DNA of 64,000 nucleotides from an uncultured delta proteobacterium (GTDB taxonomy: Bacteria > Desulfobacterota > Binatia > UBA9968). A model generated the notes under the pieces. The model ran no database searches. It saw only the letters and a program-made list of their open reading frames with translations, and had not been told where the DNA came from. Shown in pieces: positions 30,474-40,150 of this stretch; the first letter of the stretch is position 1, and the number at the start of each line of letters is the position of its first letter. The position numbers and the translations under genes were made by a program. The stretch spans positions 288,001-352,000 of the forward strand of contig CAVSHR010000004.1 in the NCBI GenBank assembly GCA_963727625.1. The letters are read 5' to 3'.

Positions 30474-31568
30474 TTATCCGATCCCGTAAAGCCTTCTCGG
30501 GCTCTCGCACAAGATTTTTTCGATCACGTGCGGCGCCACGTCCTCGCGCGAGCGCATGTTCTTTACGAATTCGGGCTCCTTCGACGGATCGTTGTGACCG
30601 TAGTCGGAGCCGATGACCAAATGATCTTCCCCAACGTAATTGAGCAAGTGTGGCAACTCTTCGTCGGCTTCGCACGCGATCCAAAAGCGGTAGTCGCGAA
30701 ACAGATCCTGCGGATTCTGCTTTTTTAAATCCGATCTAACCGAGCGCCGCAGCACATGAAAGATATACGGCACCCAGCTCGCCGCCGCTTCGATGAAGCC
30801 AAAGCGCAATTTAGGGAACTGCTCCGGGATGCGGTTGGCGACGAGATCCCGAAAGGCCACCACCGGCAAGACTCGGTTGTGCGCAAAGGTATGATTGCGC
30901 TCGACGTCGAAGAGCTGCATCAAGTAGCGGCTGCCCGAACCGGTGTGGATGCAAATGGTCAGATCGAGCATTTCCGCCTGGGCGTAGATCGGCGCGAAGT
31001 ACGGATTATCCAGCGTAAGATTGCCTTCTATGCCGCGGAAGAAGATCCCCACTGCGCCCTGATCCTTGGCCCATTTCATTTCCTGCAACGATCCATCGAT
31101 AGTGCGCAGCGGCAAGATCGCGACCCACTTGAGCCGATCCGGCGCCTTGGCGCAGGCGGCGGCGACAAAACGATTGTAAGCGCGGCAGAGCGCGACCTCC
31201 AACTTGGCATCGTCGGTCAAGTAAACCAGGAACAGCGTCGGATAGATGACTTGCACGTCGACGCCGATCTTGTCCATATCTTTAAGGCGGGCCAGCGGAT
31301 CGGTGAGCTCGCGCACTCCGAGGTGAATATCGCCGCGGCCCGATTCCTTCTTTTGCGCCGACGGCGTGATCAGGCTGAAGCTGGCCTTGCCCGCCGGTTT
31401 GGGAAAGATCTCGCCGTCGATCAGCCAGAAAGCATTGCGGTCCTTGTACCAGGTGTCATCGGGGATTTTTGCCAGCACCGGCCGGCGCGGGTACATTTCT
31501 TGGTCGATGTAGCCCCACATCGCGTCCGACTCGGCAATGTGGGTGTCGGCGTCCAAAACTCCGGGCAT
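30474..31568 (-). CDS. Amidohydrolase_2 family protein
   Basis: LDADTHIAE; QVIYPTLFL; FPKLRFGFIEAAASWVP; IGSDYGHND; SD AGGAG supports ATG 31568. Confidence 0.9.
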   Translation of the reverse strand: MPGVLDADTHIAESDAMWGYIDQEMYPRRPVLAKIPDDTWYKDRNAFWLIDGEIFPKPAGKASFSLITPSAQKKESGRGDIHLGVRELTDPLARLKDMDKIGVDVQVIYPTLFLVYLTDDAKLEVALCRAYNRFVAAACAKAPDRLKWVAILPLRTIDGSLQEMKWAKDQGAVGIFFRGIEGNLTLDNPYFAPIYAQAEMLDLTICIHTGSGSRYLMQLFDVERNHTFAHNRVLPVVAFRDLVANRIPEQFPKLRFGFIEAAASWVPYIFHVLRRSVRSDLKKQNPQDLFRDYRFWIACEADEELPHLLNYVGEDHLVIGSDYGHNDPSKEPEFVKNMRSREDVAPHVIEKILCESPRRLYGIG

Positions 31569-31634
31569 CTCTTGATCTCCTAAATTCCGTTCAAAACGTT
31601 TCAGTCGTTCAAATCCCCGGAGGGTAGACATATT

Positions 31635-31775
31635 TCATCGTTTAAACTTGTCGATGAAACCGCTCTTTTTTATTTCGTCGAGCACGCTCGAATCCAACAC
31701 ACTCAGGCTCTGCGGCGTCTGCCCTTTCGTCTTCGGCTTCGTGCCGACCCGTTGAGAGAGAAGGAAATCGAGTCT
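31635..31775 (-). pseudogene. 3' remnant of an NMT1/SsuA-like substrate-binding protein gene
   Basis: Hand translation ..DFLLSQRVGTKPKTKGQTPQSLSVLDSSVLDEIKKSGFIDKFKR* matches the C-terminal D..(Y/L)L.(D/E)(M/L)E.SGF motif of the SBPs at 12092 and 35812; in-frame stop shortly upstream and no ATG. Confidence 0.7.
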
Positions 31776-32045
31776 TTTACGGTCGAGCGTCACTATCACG
31801 CCCTTGCCATTCCTAGCTCAATAATAATCCCAGCCGATATTGATGTCCTAATCGCTCGCGCCAATATATTTATTGATCAGCTGCAAATCAAAAACAGGGT
31901 TGAGCGAAAATTTTGCCAATTTGGAATCGGCGGCGGCGGAAAATCAAATGACCACAAATGGAGACGGGGTCGCGAAGAAACTCTGGTGCGCATCAGACTT
32001 ACCAACGCTCGCTGAGAACCGGCGTATAAACTGGTAAATCGGCGA

Positions 32046-33332
32046 CTAGAGCCCCTGTCGGGCGTTGTCGACGACACGCTCTTCGTTTCCATGAAGTCGC
32101 GCCAGCTGTCGATCGCGCAGACGATCAAAGCGCTGCAACTCTTGGCGCGCGACGTGTTGGGTCTTGGGAATCCGCAGATCGAGGAAGTTGATCTTGGTGC
32201 CGCCGCGTAAAAACTCAAAGTGTAAATGAGGCCCGGTGGCGTGGCCGGTTTGCCCTACGTAGCCGATGACATCGCCGGCGTCGACCGTCTGGCCGCGGCG
32301 CAGTTTACTGGCGAAACGGGAAAAGTGCGCGTAGCGCGACATATAATTCCCCGTGTGGCGGATGTCGACGACGTTGCCGTAGCCGTTGCGCCAGCCGATA
32401 AAATCGACGCGTCCGCGGCCGATGGCAACCACCGGAGTTCCCGCCGGTGCCGCGTAGTCGATCGCCAGATGCGGCCGGACCGTCCGAAAAATCGGATGGC
32501 GTCGATTCCTGCTGAAAGGCGAGGAGATGCGCACATAGCTCAAGGGCGCGCGCAAAAAAGACCGGCGTTGGGCTTCGCCGTTGCTGTTATAGTACTCGCC
32601 GGTGCCGTCCTTGCCGACGTAGTAGAACGCGTTGAAGGTGTCTTTGTCGGCTTCCAGTTCAGCGGCAAGGATGCGACCCGTGCCGAGCCGACCGTCGACG
32701 TAACGGATTTGTTCGATCATCACGTTGAAAGCGTCGTTGGGCTGAAAATCGGAAAAGAAGTCGATGTCATACTCGAAGATTTTGGACAGATCCAGGATCT
32801 GCTGCGGCGACAGACCGGCTTCGATGCCGCTTTCGTATAGACTTCCTTTGATGGTGCCGCGAATCACCCGGGTCTCGCGCACGAAGGGAATCTCGTGCCG
32901 CTCAGCAGACCAGCCGTCGTCGGTCGCTTTGACGCGCACTAAATTGTCGTCAACGACGAACTCCATCGCTTGTACACTCTGGTCTTCGGCGTTGAGCACG
33001 ACGTGGAGGTTGTCTCCGGGGCGAATTTTACGCGGGTTGACAAACGGGCGAACCTTTTCGATCATCGCATGCGCAGATGGCGCCGCAATGTGAAATCGTT
33101 TGAGGATCGACATCAGCGTATCGCCGCTGCGCAATGTCACACCGACGCGCGACTCCGATTTGACCGGCGTCGGCGCCAAACGAGGCGGTTCTTGATCCTG
33201 CTGCGGAGAATCAAGAAAAGGCGCGCAAAAGAGAAGCAGAAAGGAAATCAACCCGACCTTGGCGCACTGACGAAGTCCAACGCGAAGGTTTGTCCGGAGT
33301 GATTCCAGGTAAAAAACTCGACGATTCGTCAT
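32046..33332 (-). CDS. M23 family peptidoglycan DD-endopeptidase (paralogue of 27733..29064); start uncertain
   Basis: FLRAPL..RISSPF; HLAIDY; ATGPHLHFE; IFEYDIDF. Confidence 0.9.
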   Translation of the reverse strand: MTNRRVFYLESLRTNLRVGLRQCAKVGLISFLLLFCAPFLDSPQQDQEPPRLAPTPVKSESRVGVTLRSGDTLMSILKRFHIAAPSAHAMIEKVRPFVNPRKIRPGDNLHVVLNAEDQSVQAMEFVVDDNLVRVKATDDGWSAERHEIPFVRETRVIRGTIKGSLYESGIEAGLSPQQILDLSKIFEYDIDFFSDFQPNDAFNVMIEQIRYVDGRLGTGRILAAELEADKDTFNAFYYVGKDGTGEYYNSNGEAQRRSFLRAPLSYVRISSPFSRNRRHPIFRTVRPHLAIDYAAPAGTPVVAIGRGRVDFIGWRNGYGNVVDIRHTGNYMSRYAHFSRFASKLRRGQTVDAGDVIGYVGQTGHATGPHLHFEFLRGGTKINFLDLRIPKTQHVARQELQRFDRLRDRQLARLHGNEERVVDNARQGL

Positions 33333-33564
33333 TGGGGGAAAGCCTGTTCCGGTCACCTTACAGAATTTCACCGCGGCGGTCAAAGCTTTTTGCGAATTTT
33401 TTGGAAAAAATTAGCCTGCTCCGGGAAACGGCCCCTCGTCGAAGAATTCTGCTCTCGAGAAGCAATCGCATTTCAGGGTTTACAGGCGATAGCCGAAAGC
33501 GATATAGCGATTGCAAAAGAAACCTTCGCCAAACGTTCGCCGATGGCCTAAGGAGCAACGCAGA

Positions 33565-34662
33565 ATGATATTTCTAACCAACGATCTGATTGAGCAAGTG
33601 CTCGATATGAACACTTGCATCGATGCGATGGAGGAGGCCTATCGTGAGCTGAACGAGCAGCGCGCGGGGTATCGTCCGCGCATCGATTTTTACGTGCCCG
33701 AAGAGCCGCACTATTATCGCTGGGGCACGATGGAAGGCGCGTCGCGTAAGCTCGGAGTCTTCGCCATTCGCATGAAATCCGACATGCTCGCCTGGGAAAA
33801 TCAGGACGGTTTCATAGTCGAAGATAAATACTGCATGGAGCGCGGCCGCTACTGCGGTTTGATCTTTCTTCTCAGCACGCGCAACGCCGAGCCGCTGGCG
33901 CTCATGAACGACGGCTACCTGCAACATATGCGGGTCGGCGCCTGCGCCGGATTGGGTACGAAGTACCTTTCGCGCAACGACGCCAAGGTGCTTGCCATGA
34001 TCGGCTCCGGCGGCATGGCGCGCACTTACGTGGAAGCGATCAAGCAGGTCCGGCCGATCGAAGTCATGCGCGTGTTCAGCCCGACGAAAAGAAATCGCGA
34101 AGCTTTCGCCGCGGAGATAACCGAGAAATTGGACATCGAAGTCATAGCGGTAGATTCGCCGGAAAAGGCGCTCAAGGGCGCCGACATCGTGTCGCTGACG
34201 ACCGATTCGCTGGTTCCGGTAATCAAGGCCGAGTGGCTCGAGCCCGGGATGCATATCAATAACGTGCGCAATAACGAGGCCGGCCCCGACGTGCTGCAAC
34301 GCGCCGACGTGCGGGCGCGCCTCGGCACCTCGACGCTTTTCGCCGACCGCAATGCGCCCGAAGTGGTCACCGGCAGCGACGGCATGTTCGGTTTCATCGC
34401 CGGCAGCGCCGAGGAGAAAAAAAAGATTCCCGCCTCGCCGCACCATGATATCGACAATCCCAACATCGGCACTATTCCGGACATCATGGCCGGGCGCTGG
34501 GCCGGTAGAACCAGCGACAAACAAATAACTTTTCTCAACAACCAGGGGACGCAAGGATTGCAGTTCGCGGCGGTGGGCGGGACGGCGTACAACTTAGCGA
34601 AAGCCAAAGGGCTCGGCCATCCGCTGCCGATCGAATGGTTCACACAAACTATCCGAGACTAA
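33565..34662 (+). CDS. Ornithine cyclodeaminase / mu-crystallin family protein
   Basis: LQHMRVGA; IGSGGMAR; VFSPT; GLQFAAVG; SD AAGGAG before ATG 33565. Confidence 0.88.
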   Translation: MIFLTNDLIEQVLDMNTCIDAMEEAYRELNEQRAGYRPRIDFYVPEEPHYYRWGTMEGASRKLGVFAIRMKSDMLAWENQDGFIVEDKYCMERGRYCGLIFLLSTRNAEPLALMNDGYLQHMRVGACAGLGTKYLSRNDAKVLAMIGSGGMARTYVEAIKQVRPIEVMRVFSPTKRNREAFAAEITEKLDIEVIAVDSPEKALKGADIVSLTTDSLVPVIKAEWLEPGMHINNVRNNEAGPDVLQRADVRARLGTSTLFADRNAPEVVTGSDGMFGFIAGSAEEKKKIPASPHHDIDNPNIGTIPDIMAGRWAGRTSDKQITFLNNQGTQGLQFAAVGGTAYNLAKAKGLGHPLPIEWFTQTIRD

Positions 34663-34670
34663 AAAAAGAA

Positions 34671-34759
34671 GGGATGGAGAGTCTGCAGCGTTGGAACATC
34701 GGGTGAAATCGGATTCGGAGTTCCCCATCCCTCCAACGCTCCACGACTCCAATCACCCA
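34671..34759. repeat. Intergenic palindromic repeat (TGGAG../..CTCCA type)
   Basis: gggatggagagtctgcagcgttggaac faces ccatccctccaacgctccacgactccaatcaccc. Confidence 0.5.
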
Positions 34760-34771
34760 GGAGGCAATTTC

Positions 34772-35566
34772 ATGGCAACCCTGCGCTACATCGCCTATCT
34801 CGCCGAGGATCCAGCGAAGGTCGTGGATTTTTACCACCGCTTTCTCGGCACGGAAGAGTTAGGCCGTTCATCGGAAGGCGATATCAGCATCACCGACGGC
34901 TTTTACAATCTGACCTTTTTCAGGAAACGCCCCGCGCTCGGTGAAATGCAGCTGGATGTCGGATTGCACCACATCGGTTTGCAAATCGACGATCTTGAAG
35001 CAGTTAAAGGCCGCTTTTTAAAATTGAATCCGCGCGGCATGATCATTCAGGAACCGAACGATCTGCAACACGGCGAGATTCGCCTGCATGACCCCGAGTG
35101 CCGTCCGGTCACAGTCTCGACCAAGAGTTTCGGCGTGCCGGCGAGCAAAGAAAAACAGTTCCCGCGCGTGCGCCATATCGCCTACAATGCGCTTGACCCG
35201 GAGATGATGCTGCTCTTCTACACTCAGGTCTTCGGCCTGCGCGAAGTACCGTCGAGTTATTTGCGCCGCCAGCAAGGGCGCGGCAATCGCTTCTGCGCCG
35301 ACGGAAAGACGAATCTCGCCATCCATCCCTTTTACAATCGCATCGAAGGCCATGAGGCCAGGTTTGGCATCAACCACATCGGTTTTTTGACCAATGAGAT
35401 GCAGGCGACGATGGCTGAGCTGAGCAACGTGCTAAAGATTGCGCCTCGACCGTCAACACGGCCCTACGCGGAATTTCGTTTCCGCGACATCGAAGGCAAC
35501 GCTCTCGATTTATCACAAACCAAAGGTTGGGAAGTCGACATCGACAAGTGGGAAACGGCGGTGTGA
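34772..35566 (+). CDS. VOC/glyoxalase family protein (two domains)
   Basis: LRYIAY..GLHHIGL; VRHIAY..GINHIGF; FRDIEGNALDL; SD GGAGG before ATG 34772. Confidence 0.85.
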   Translation: MATLRYIAYLAEDPAKVVDFYHRFLGTEELGRSSEGDISITDGFYNLTFFRKRPALGEMQLDVGLHHIGLQIDDLEAVKGRFLKLNPRGMIIQEPNDLQHGEIRLHDPECRPVTVSTKSFGVPASKEKQFPRVRHIAYNALDPEMMLLFYTQVFGLREVPSSYLRRQQGRGNRFCADGKTNLAIHPFYNRIEGHEARFGINHIGFLTNEMQATMAELSNVLKIAPRPSTRPYAEFRFRDIEGNALDLSQTKGWEVDIDKWETAV

Positions 35567-35811
35567 GAAAATAGCATTGAGTTCCAGGTTTCGGCTTTCG
35601 AGTTTTCGGAAATCCTGATGGATGAAAATGAACTTGGGCCTCCTCAAAACCATCTTGCCGCCAACATCCAAAAACCAATAGTTGACAATCTCGGTGGGTA
35701 TCGCTTATGTAAGGACCCGCTACCCGATATTTCGACCGCGATGCGCGGGAGCGAACCTAACGTTTTCAAGTGAAAGATCCCGCTCAGCCGGGCTCTTTCG
35801 AGGAGTAATCG

Positions 35812-36801
35812 ATGAACAGCAAGGCCCGTCGGCTCATTTTTACGGCGGTGTTGTCGTTTCTAGCCCTCACCCGCTTCGGCGAAGCGGCCTCGCCCACCAT
35901 AAAAGTCGGCTATCCCCAGTTGAGCGGCGGCTCGATGCCGCTCTGGGTCATCAGCGATAACAAGCTCGACCAGCGCTACGGCATCGACGTTAAAACCATT
36001 TACATCGCCGGCGGCGCTACACTCACTCACTCTCTCGTAGCCGGTGATATTGACATCGCGATGACCGGCGGAGCCGTTGTTGGAGCAGTGCTCAGCGGCG
36101 CCGACCTGGAATGGGTCGGCATCGGTCTATCCACTTACGCCTTTACCGTTTACGCCAGGCCTGAGATCAAAACCATCAATGATTTGCGCGGCAAGATTTT
36201 TGGTGTGATCACCCGCGGCGCGTCCTCTGACCATGCGGCCATCGCGCTCTTCAATCGGTACGGCATGAAAGCCAATCAAGACGTGAAGTTTCTTTATTTT
36301 GCGCGCCAGGGCGATCTGCTTGCCGCTCTGGATAAGGGAGTCGTGGTCGCCGGCGTCTTTTCATCACCGACAACCGTGATGGCCAGGCGCCTCGGCTACA
36401 AACAACTGGTGAGCATCGCGTCCTTCAAGCTGCCTTATCCGCACAACGCGGTCGCCACCCGCAAGACTCTGGTTCGGCAGAACCCTGAACTAATCAAAAA
36501 TTTCCTAAGGGCGTACCTCGCAGCGATCAAAATAATCCATGAAGAGCCCGAGGTCGCGAAACGCGCGCTCTCCCGTTTTCTCGGCAGCAAAGATTCCGAA
36601 ATGATTAACGACTCATACAGCAGCCTCGCGCCGCTTTTCCTGAAGGTACCGTATATGCCCGAGGAAGCGGTTCGCACGGTGCTCTCGCTATCGGATCATC
36701 CCAAAGCGGCTCACGCCGATCCGAAGGATTTCTTCGATAACCACTTGCTCAAGGAGCTGGAGGATAGCGGCTTCGTCAAGGAGCTCTATAGCCGCCGTTA
36801 G
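35812..36801 (+). CDS. ABC-type substrate-binding protein, NMT1/SsuA-like
   Basis: Signal peptide; DLRGKIFGV..RGASSD; C-terminal FFDNHLLKELEDSGFV. Confidence 0.88.
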   Translation: MNSKARRLIFTAVLSFLALTRFGEAASPTIKVGYPQLSGGSMPLWVISDNKLDQRYGIDVKTIYIAGGATLTHSLVAGDIDIAMTGGAVVGAVLSGADLEWVGIGLSTYAFTVYARPEIKTINDLRGKIFGVITRGASSDHAAIALFNRYGMKANQDVKFLYFARQGDLLAALDKGVVVAGVFSSPTTVMARRLGYKQLVSIASFKLPYPHNAVATRKTLVRQNPELIKNFLRAYLAAIKIIHEEPEVAKRALSRFLGSKDSEMINDSYSSLAPLFLKVPYMPEEAVRTVLSLSDHPKAAHADPKDFFDNHLLKELEDSGFVKELYSRR

Positions 36802-37074
36802 GTTCAGTTACTCCCCTTGGCGATCCTCAACGGCGGTTTGTTCGCTGCCTTCCGCTCGCTCAATCGCTTGATCTGGCGAGCCCACGCCCGCAACACGACC
36901 TCGCCCAAACGTGGGGCCAGGTCACCAATGATTTCGAAGTTATTATGGCGCCTCGATGAATGGTTCGATTATCCCATGAGTCTGGCGGCTTAACGCTGAC
37001 TTTTTAACTCGTTGGTTTGCTTCGCCAAAGTTGCGATTACCGGCCGTAAGTGACGACGGAATTGGCCAGTTACC

Positions 37075-37103
37075 TTGACATTCCCCGATGCCGTTCCTAG
37101 CTT
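37075..37103 (+). promoter_or_regulatory. Putative sigma70 promoter of hsp20-lon
   Basis: TTGACA-N17-TAGCTT. Confidence 0.6.
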
Positions 37104-37163
37104 GTTAGATAACCCGTAAATTCAGCGAAATTCTGCGAACGGGCCGTGGAGGTTTGAAAAAAT

Positions 37164-37595
37164 ATGGCGGCAAATGATTGGGATATCATTGTTTGGCGAC
37201 GGGCCAATGACCTGCTTCAACAGGCAGAGCGGATCCATCGGAATTTTCTCCAAGTCGCTGCGAGCGCCCGCTATCGCGCCTCCCACGGCAGAACTCCCTG
37301 TTGGGAGCCGCCGGTCAACTTGGTCGAGACCGATGAAAGCTTATGGGTGATTTGCGCTCTGCCAGGTGTTTCGCATGATCGGATGGAAGTGATCCTGGAG
37401 GGACGTGAACTGCTGATTACCGGAACGCGCCCGCTGCCGAAATGCTGCGAGGACGGAGAATTGAAAATTTGGGAGATACCTCTGGGCCGTTTTGAGCGGC
37501 GGCTCAAGCTCGTGGGCGGTCATAAAACCTTATCGGTGGGGAAAACATCCCTCCAGGAGGGGCTGCTCATTATCGAACTAAGGAAACAATCATGA
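37164..37595 (+). CDS. Hsp20/alpha-crystallin small heat-shock protein
   Basis: WEPPVNLVET; ALPGV; EIPLGRFERRL; GLLII; ATGA overlap with lon. Confidence 0.9.
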   Translation: MAANDWDIIVWRRANDLLQQAERIHRNFLQVAASARYRASHGRTPCWEPPVNLVETDESLWVICALPGVSHDRMEVILEGRELLITGTRPLPKCCEDGELKIWEIPLGRFERRLKLVGGHKTLSVGKTSLQEGLLIIELRKQS

Positions 37596-40000
37596 TGGCC
37601 GAAGCAACAGAATCTTCGAATACAAAGCAGCGTTTGACCATCCCAGCCGGAGCGTTGATCATCATACCGTTGCGCAACCGGGTATTGTTCCCGTCCATGA
37701 TGATGCCGCTTTCGGTCAATACTCCGGCGAGACGCCAAGCGGTCGAAGAGGCCGTGCGCCAACAGATTCCGATCGGGTTTGTCACCCAAAGTGACCCGAA
37801 GTTCGACACGCCCCAACCCGACGACTTGTTCAAAACAGGCACCGCCGCGGACGTGCTGCGGATGTTCAGCCTGCCGGACGGTCAGCGCCAGGTGCTGCTC
37901 CAAGGCCGCCGTCGCTTCGAGATCACGGAGTTCGTCGAGACCGATCCGATCCTGATCGCCCGCGTGACCATGGTAGAAGACAAGATTCCGCAGACTAAGG
38001 ATTTCGAGGCGCGAATTCTACACCTGCGTCAAGAGGCGACCAGGGCATTAGCCCTCTTCCCCGAGCCGATGAATGAGTTGCGCGCGATGATCGAACGGAT
38101 CGAAGACCCGCTCTCGTTGATCGACATCATCGCTTCTACCTTGGACCTGCCGCTCGCCGAGAAACAGGAAATCCTGGCGATACTCGATCCTGAGGGCCGC
38201 GCCCAGAGGGTTTCGGAAAAACTGGCGCGGCAGATCGAGTTGCTTGAGCTGAGCAAAAAAATCGGCGCTGAGACCAAGGAGTCGATGGACAAGACGCAGC
38301 GCCAGTATTTTCTCCGCGAGCAGCTCAAGGCGATTCAAAAAGAACTCGGCGAAGAAGACGGCAAAAACGTCGAAATCGAAGAGCTAAGAAAAAAGGTCTA
38401 CGATGCCAAGATGCCGCCCGAGGTCGAGAAAGAAGCGCTCAAAGAGCTGGGTCGGCTCGAGCGCATGCCCGAGATGGCGGCGGAATATTCGATGATCAGG
38501 ACTTATTTTGACTGGTTGGTGGAACTGCCTTGGAGCACGCTAACCCGAGAAGAGATCGATCTGCCCAAGGCGCGAGAGATCCTCGACGCCGACCACTACG
38601 GTCTGGAGAAAGTGAAAAAGCGCATCGTTGAGTTTCTCGCGGTTCGCAAGTTAAGGCCTGAGGGCAAAAGCCCGATTCTTTGTCTGGTTGGTCCGCCCGG
38701 CGTAGGCAAGACTTCTCTCGGCCAAAGCATTGCGCGGGCGATGAATCGTAAGTTCGTGCGCCAGAGCCTGGGAGGAGTGCATGATGAAGCGGATATTCGC
38801 GGGCACCGACGCACATACATTGGCGCCCTGCCCGGCAACATCATTCAAGGTGTCAAAAAGGCTGGCAGCCGCAACCCGATTTTCATGCTCGACGAGATCG
38901 ACAAGCTCAGCGCGAGTTTTCACGGCGACCCGTCGGCCGCGCTCTTGGAAGTTCTCGATCCGGCCCAGAATGCGACGTTTCAAGATCACTATCTCGGCCT
39001 GCCCTTCGATCTGAGCCAGATCTTGTTCATCGCCACCGCGAACGTGCTCGATACGATCCCTGGCCCGTTGCGCGATCGAATGGAGATTCTGCAACTGCCG
39101 GGTTACACCGAGGAAGAAAAGTTGGCAATCGCCAAGGGCTATCTGGTGCCGCGCCAAACGAACGAGAACGGCCTTCAATCGAGCAATATCGAATTTACCG
39201 ACGATTCGGTTCGGGAAATCATTCGCTCCTACACGCGCGAAGCCGGCGTGCGCCAGCTCGAGCGCGAGCTGGGTTCGGTCTGCCGCGGTGTGGCGACGCG
39301 GGTCGCCGAGGGAATGATGGAAAAAGTCACCATCACACCTGAGTCGGTTCCGACTTATTTGGGAGCGCAAAAATTTTTCAATGAGATCGCGCTTCGCACC
39401 AGCTTGCCCGGTGTCGCCACCGGCTTGGCCTGGACGCCATTCGGCGGCGACATCTTGTTCGTCGAGGCGACGAAAATGCCGGGCGACGGCAGGTTAATTC
39501 TAACCGGCCAGCTTGGCGACGTGATGAAAGAAAGCGCCCAGGCCGCGCTGAGTCTGGTGAAGTCACGCGCCGAGGCGATCGGTATCGAACCCGAAATCTT
39601 TAAGAAGAACGACCTCCATATTCATATTCCCGCGGGAGCGATTCCCAAAGACGGCCCCAGCGCCGGCGTGACTCTTTTCGTCGCGCTGGTTTCGCTGCTC
39701 ACCGGCAGGCGTGTCAGCAAAGACATCGCCATGACCGGCGAGATCAGCCTGCGCGGATTAGTGCTGCCGGTCGGCGGCATCAAAGAGAAAATGCTGGCGG
39801 CTAAAAGAGCAGGCATCACTTGCGTCTTATTGCCGGAGTTGAACCGCAAGGACCTGGAAGATATTCCAGCCGCGGGACGTGAGGGCATCCGCTTCGAGTT
39901 TTTGAAAACCGTGGATGAAGCCCTGCGGCTTGCTTTGGAACAGGACGCACCGAGCGGCTATTCGCCCGGTGAACGGATGGCCGCGCAACCGTACGATTGA
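37592..40000 (+). CDS. lon: ATP-dependent Lon protease (endopeptidase La)
   Basis: LON N-domain; Walker A GPPGVGKTS; LDEIDK; PKDGPSAG catalytic Ser; GGIKEK Lys. Confidence 0.97.
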   Translation: MMAEATESSNTKQRLTIPAGALIIIPLRNRVLFPSMMMPLSVNTPARRQAVEEAVRQQIPIGFVTQSDPKFDTPQPDDLFKTGTAADVLRMFSLPDGQRQVLLQGRRRFEITEFVETDPILIARVTMVEDKIPQTKDFEARILHLRQEATRALALFPEPMNELRAMIERIEDPLSLIDIIASTLDLPLAEKQEILAILDPEGRAQRVSEKLARQIELLELSKKIGAETKESMDKTQRQYFLREQLKAIQKELGEEDGKNVEIEELRKKVYDAKMPPEVEKEALKELGRLERMPEMAAEYSMIRTYFDWLVELPWSTLTREEIDLPKAREILDADHYGLEKVKKRIVEFLAVRKLRPEGKSPILCLVGPPGVGKTSLGQSIARAMNRKFVRQSLGGVHDEADIRGHRRTYIGALPGNIIQGVKKAGSRNPIFMLDEIDKLSASFHGDPSAALLEVLDPAQNATFQDHYLGLPFDLSQILFIATANVLDTIPGPLRDRMEILQLPGYTEEEKLAIAKGYLVPRQTNENGLQSSNIEFTDDSVREIIRSYTREAGVRQLERELGSVCRGVATRVAEGMMEKVTITPESVPTYLGAQKFFNEIALRTSLPGVATGLAWTPFGGDILFVEATKMPGDGRLILTGQLGDVMKESAQAALSLVKSRAEAIGIEPEIFKKNDLHIHIPAGAIPKDGPSAGVTLFVALVSLLTGRRVSKDIAMTGEISLRGLVLPVGGIKEKMLAAKRAGITCVLLPELNRKDLEDIPAAGREGIRFEFLKTVDEALRLALEQDAPSGYSPGERMAAQPYD

Positions 40001-40150
40001 TAGATCCAAACTTAACAAGTTTTTTAAAAAGCCTAAGCGCTGCACAGCCGTGCTCCCGATGAGGCTGTGTAAACGCGCTTGTGATCGGTACCGCTTTTCA
40101 ACTAAGCGCGTTGCGCCAGTAACCAGATCGGTTACGATCCAAGGCATTTC

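Noticed and set aside
36804-36977. Possible small minus-strand pseudogene (MG*SNHSSRRH..RAWARQIKRL..)
   Set aside because: Stop at codon 3 and no family resemblance.
37020-37163. CIRCE or sigma32 element upstream of hsp20-lon
   Set aside because: No TTAGCACTC-N9-GAGTGCTAA or clear sigma32 motif; only a sigma70-like promoter.
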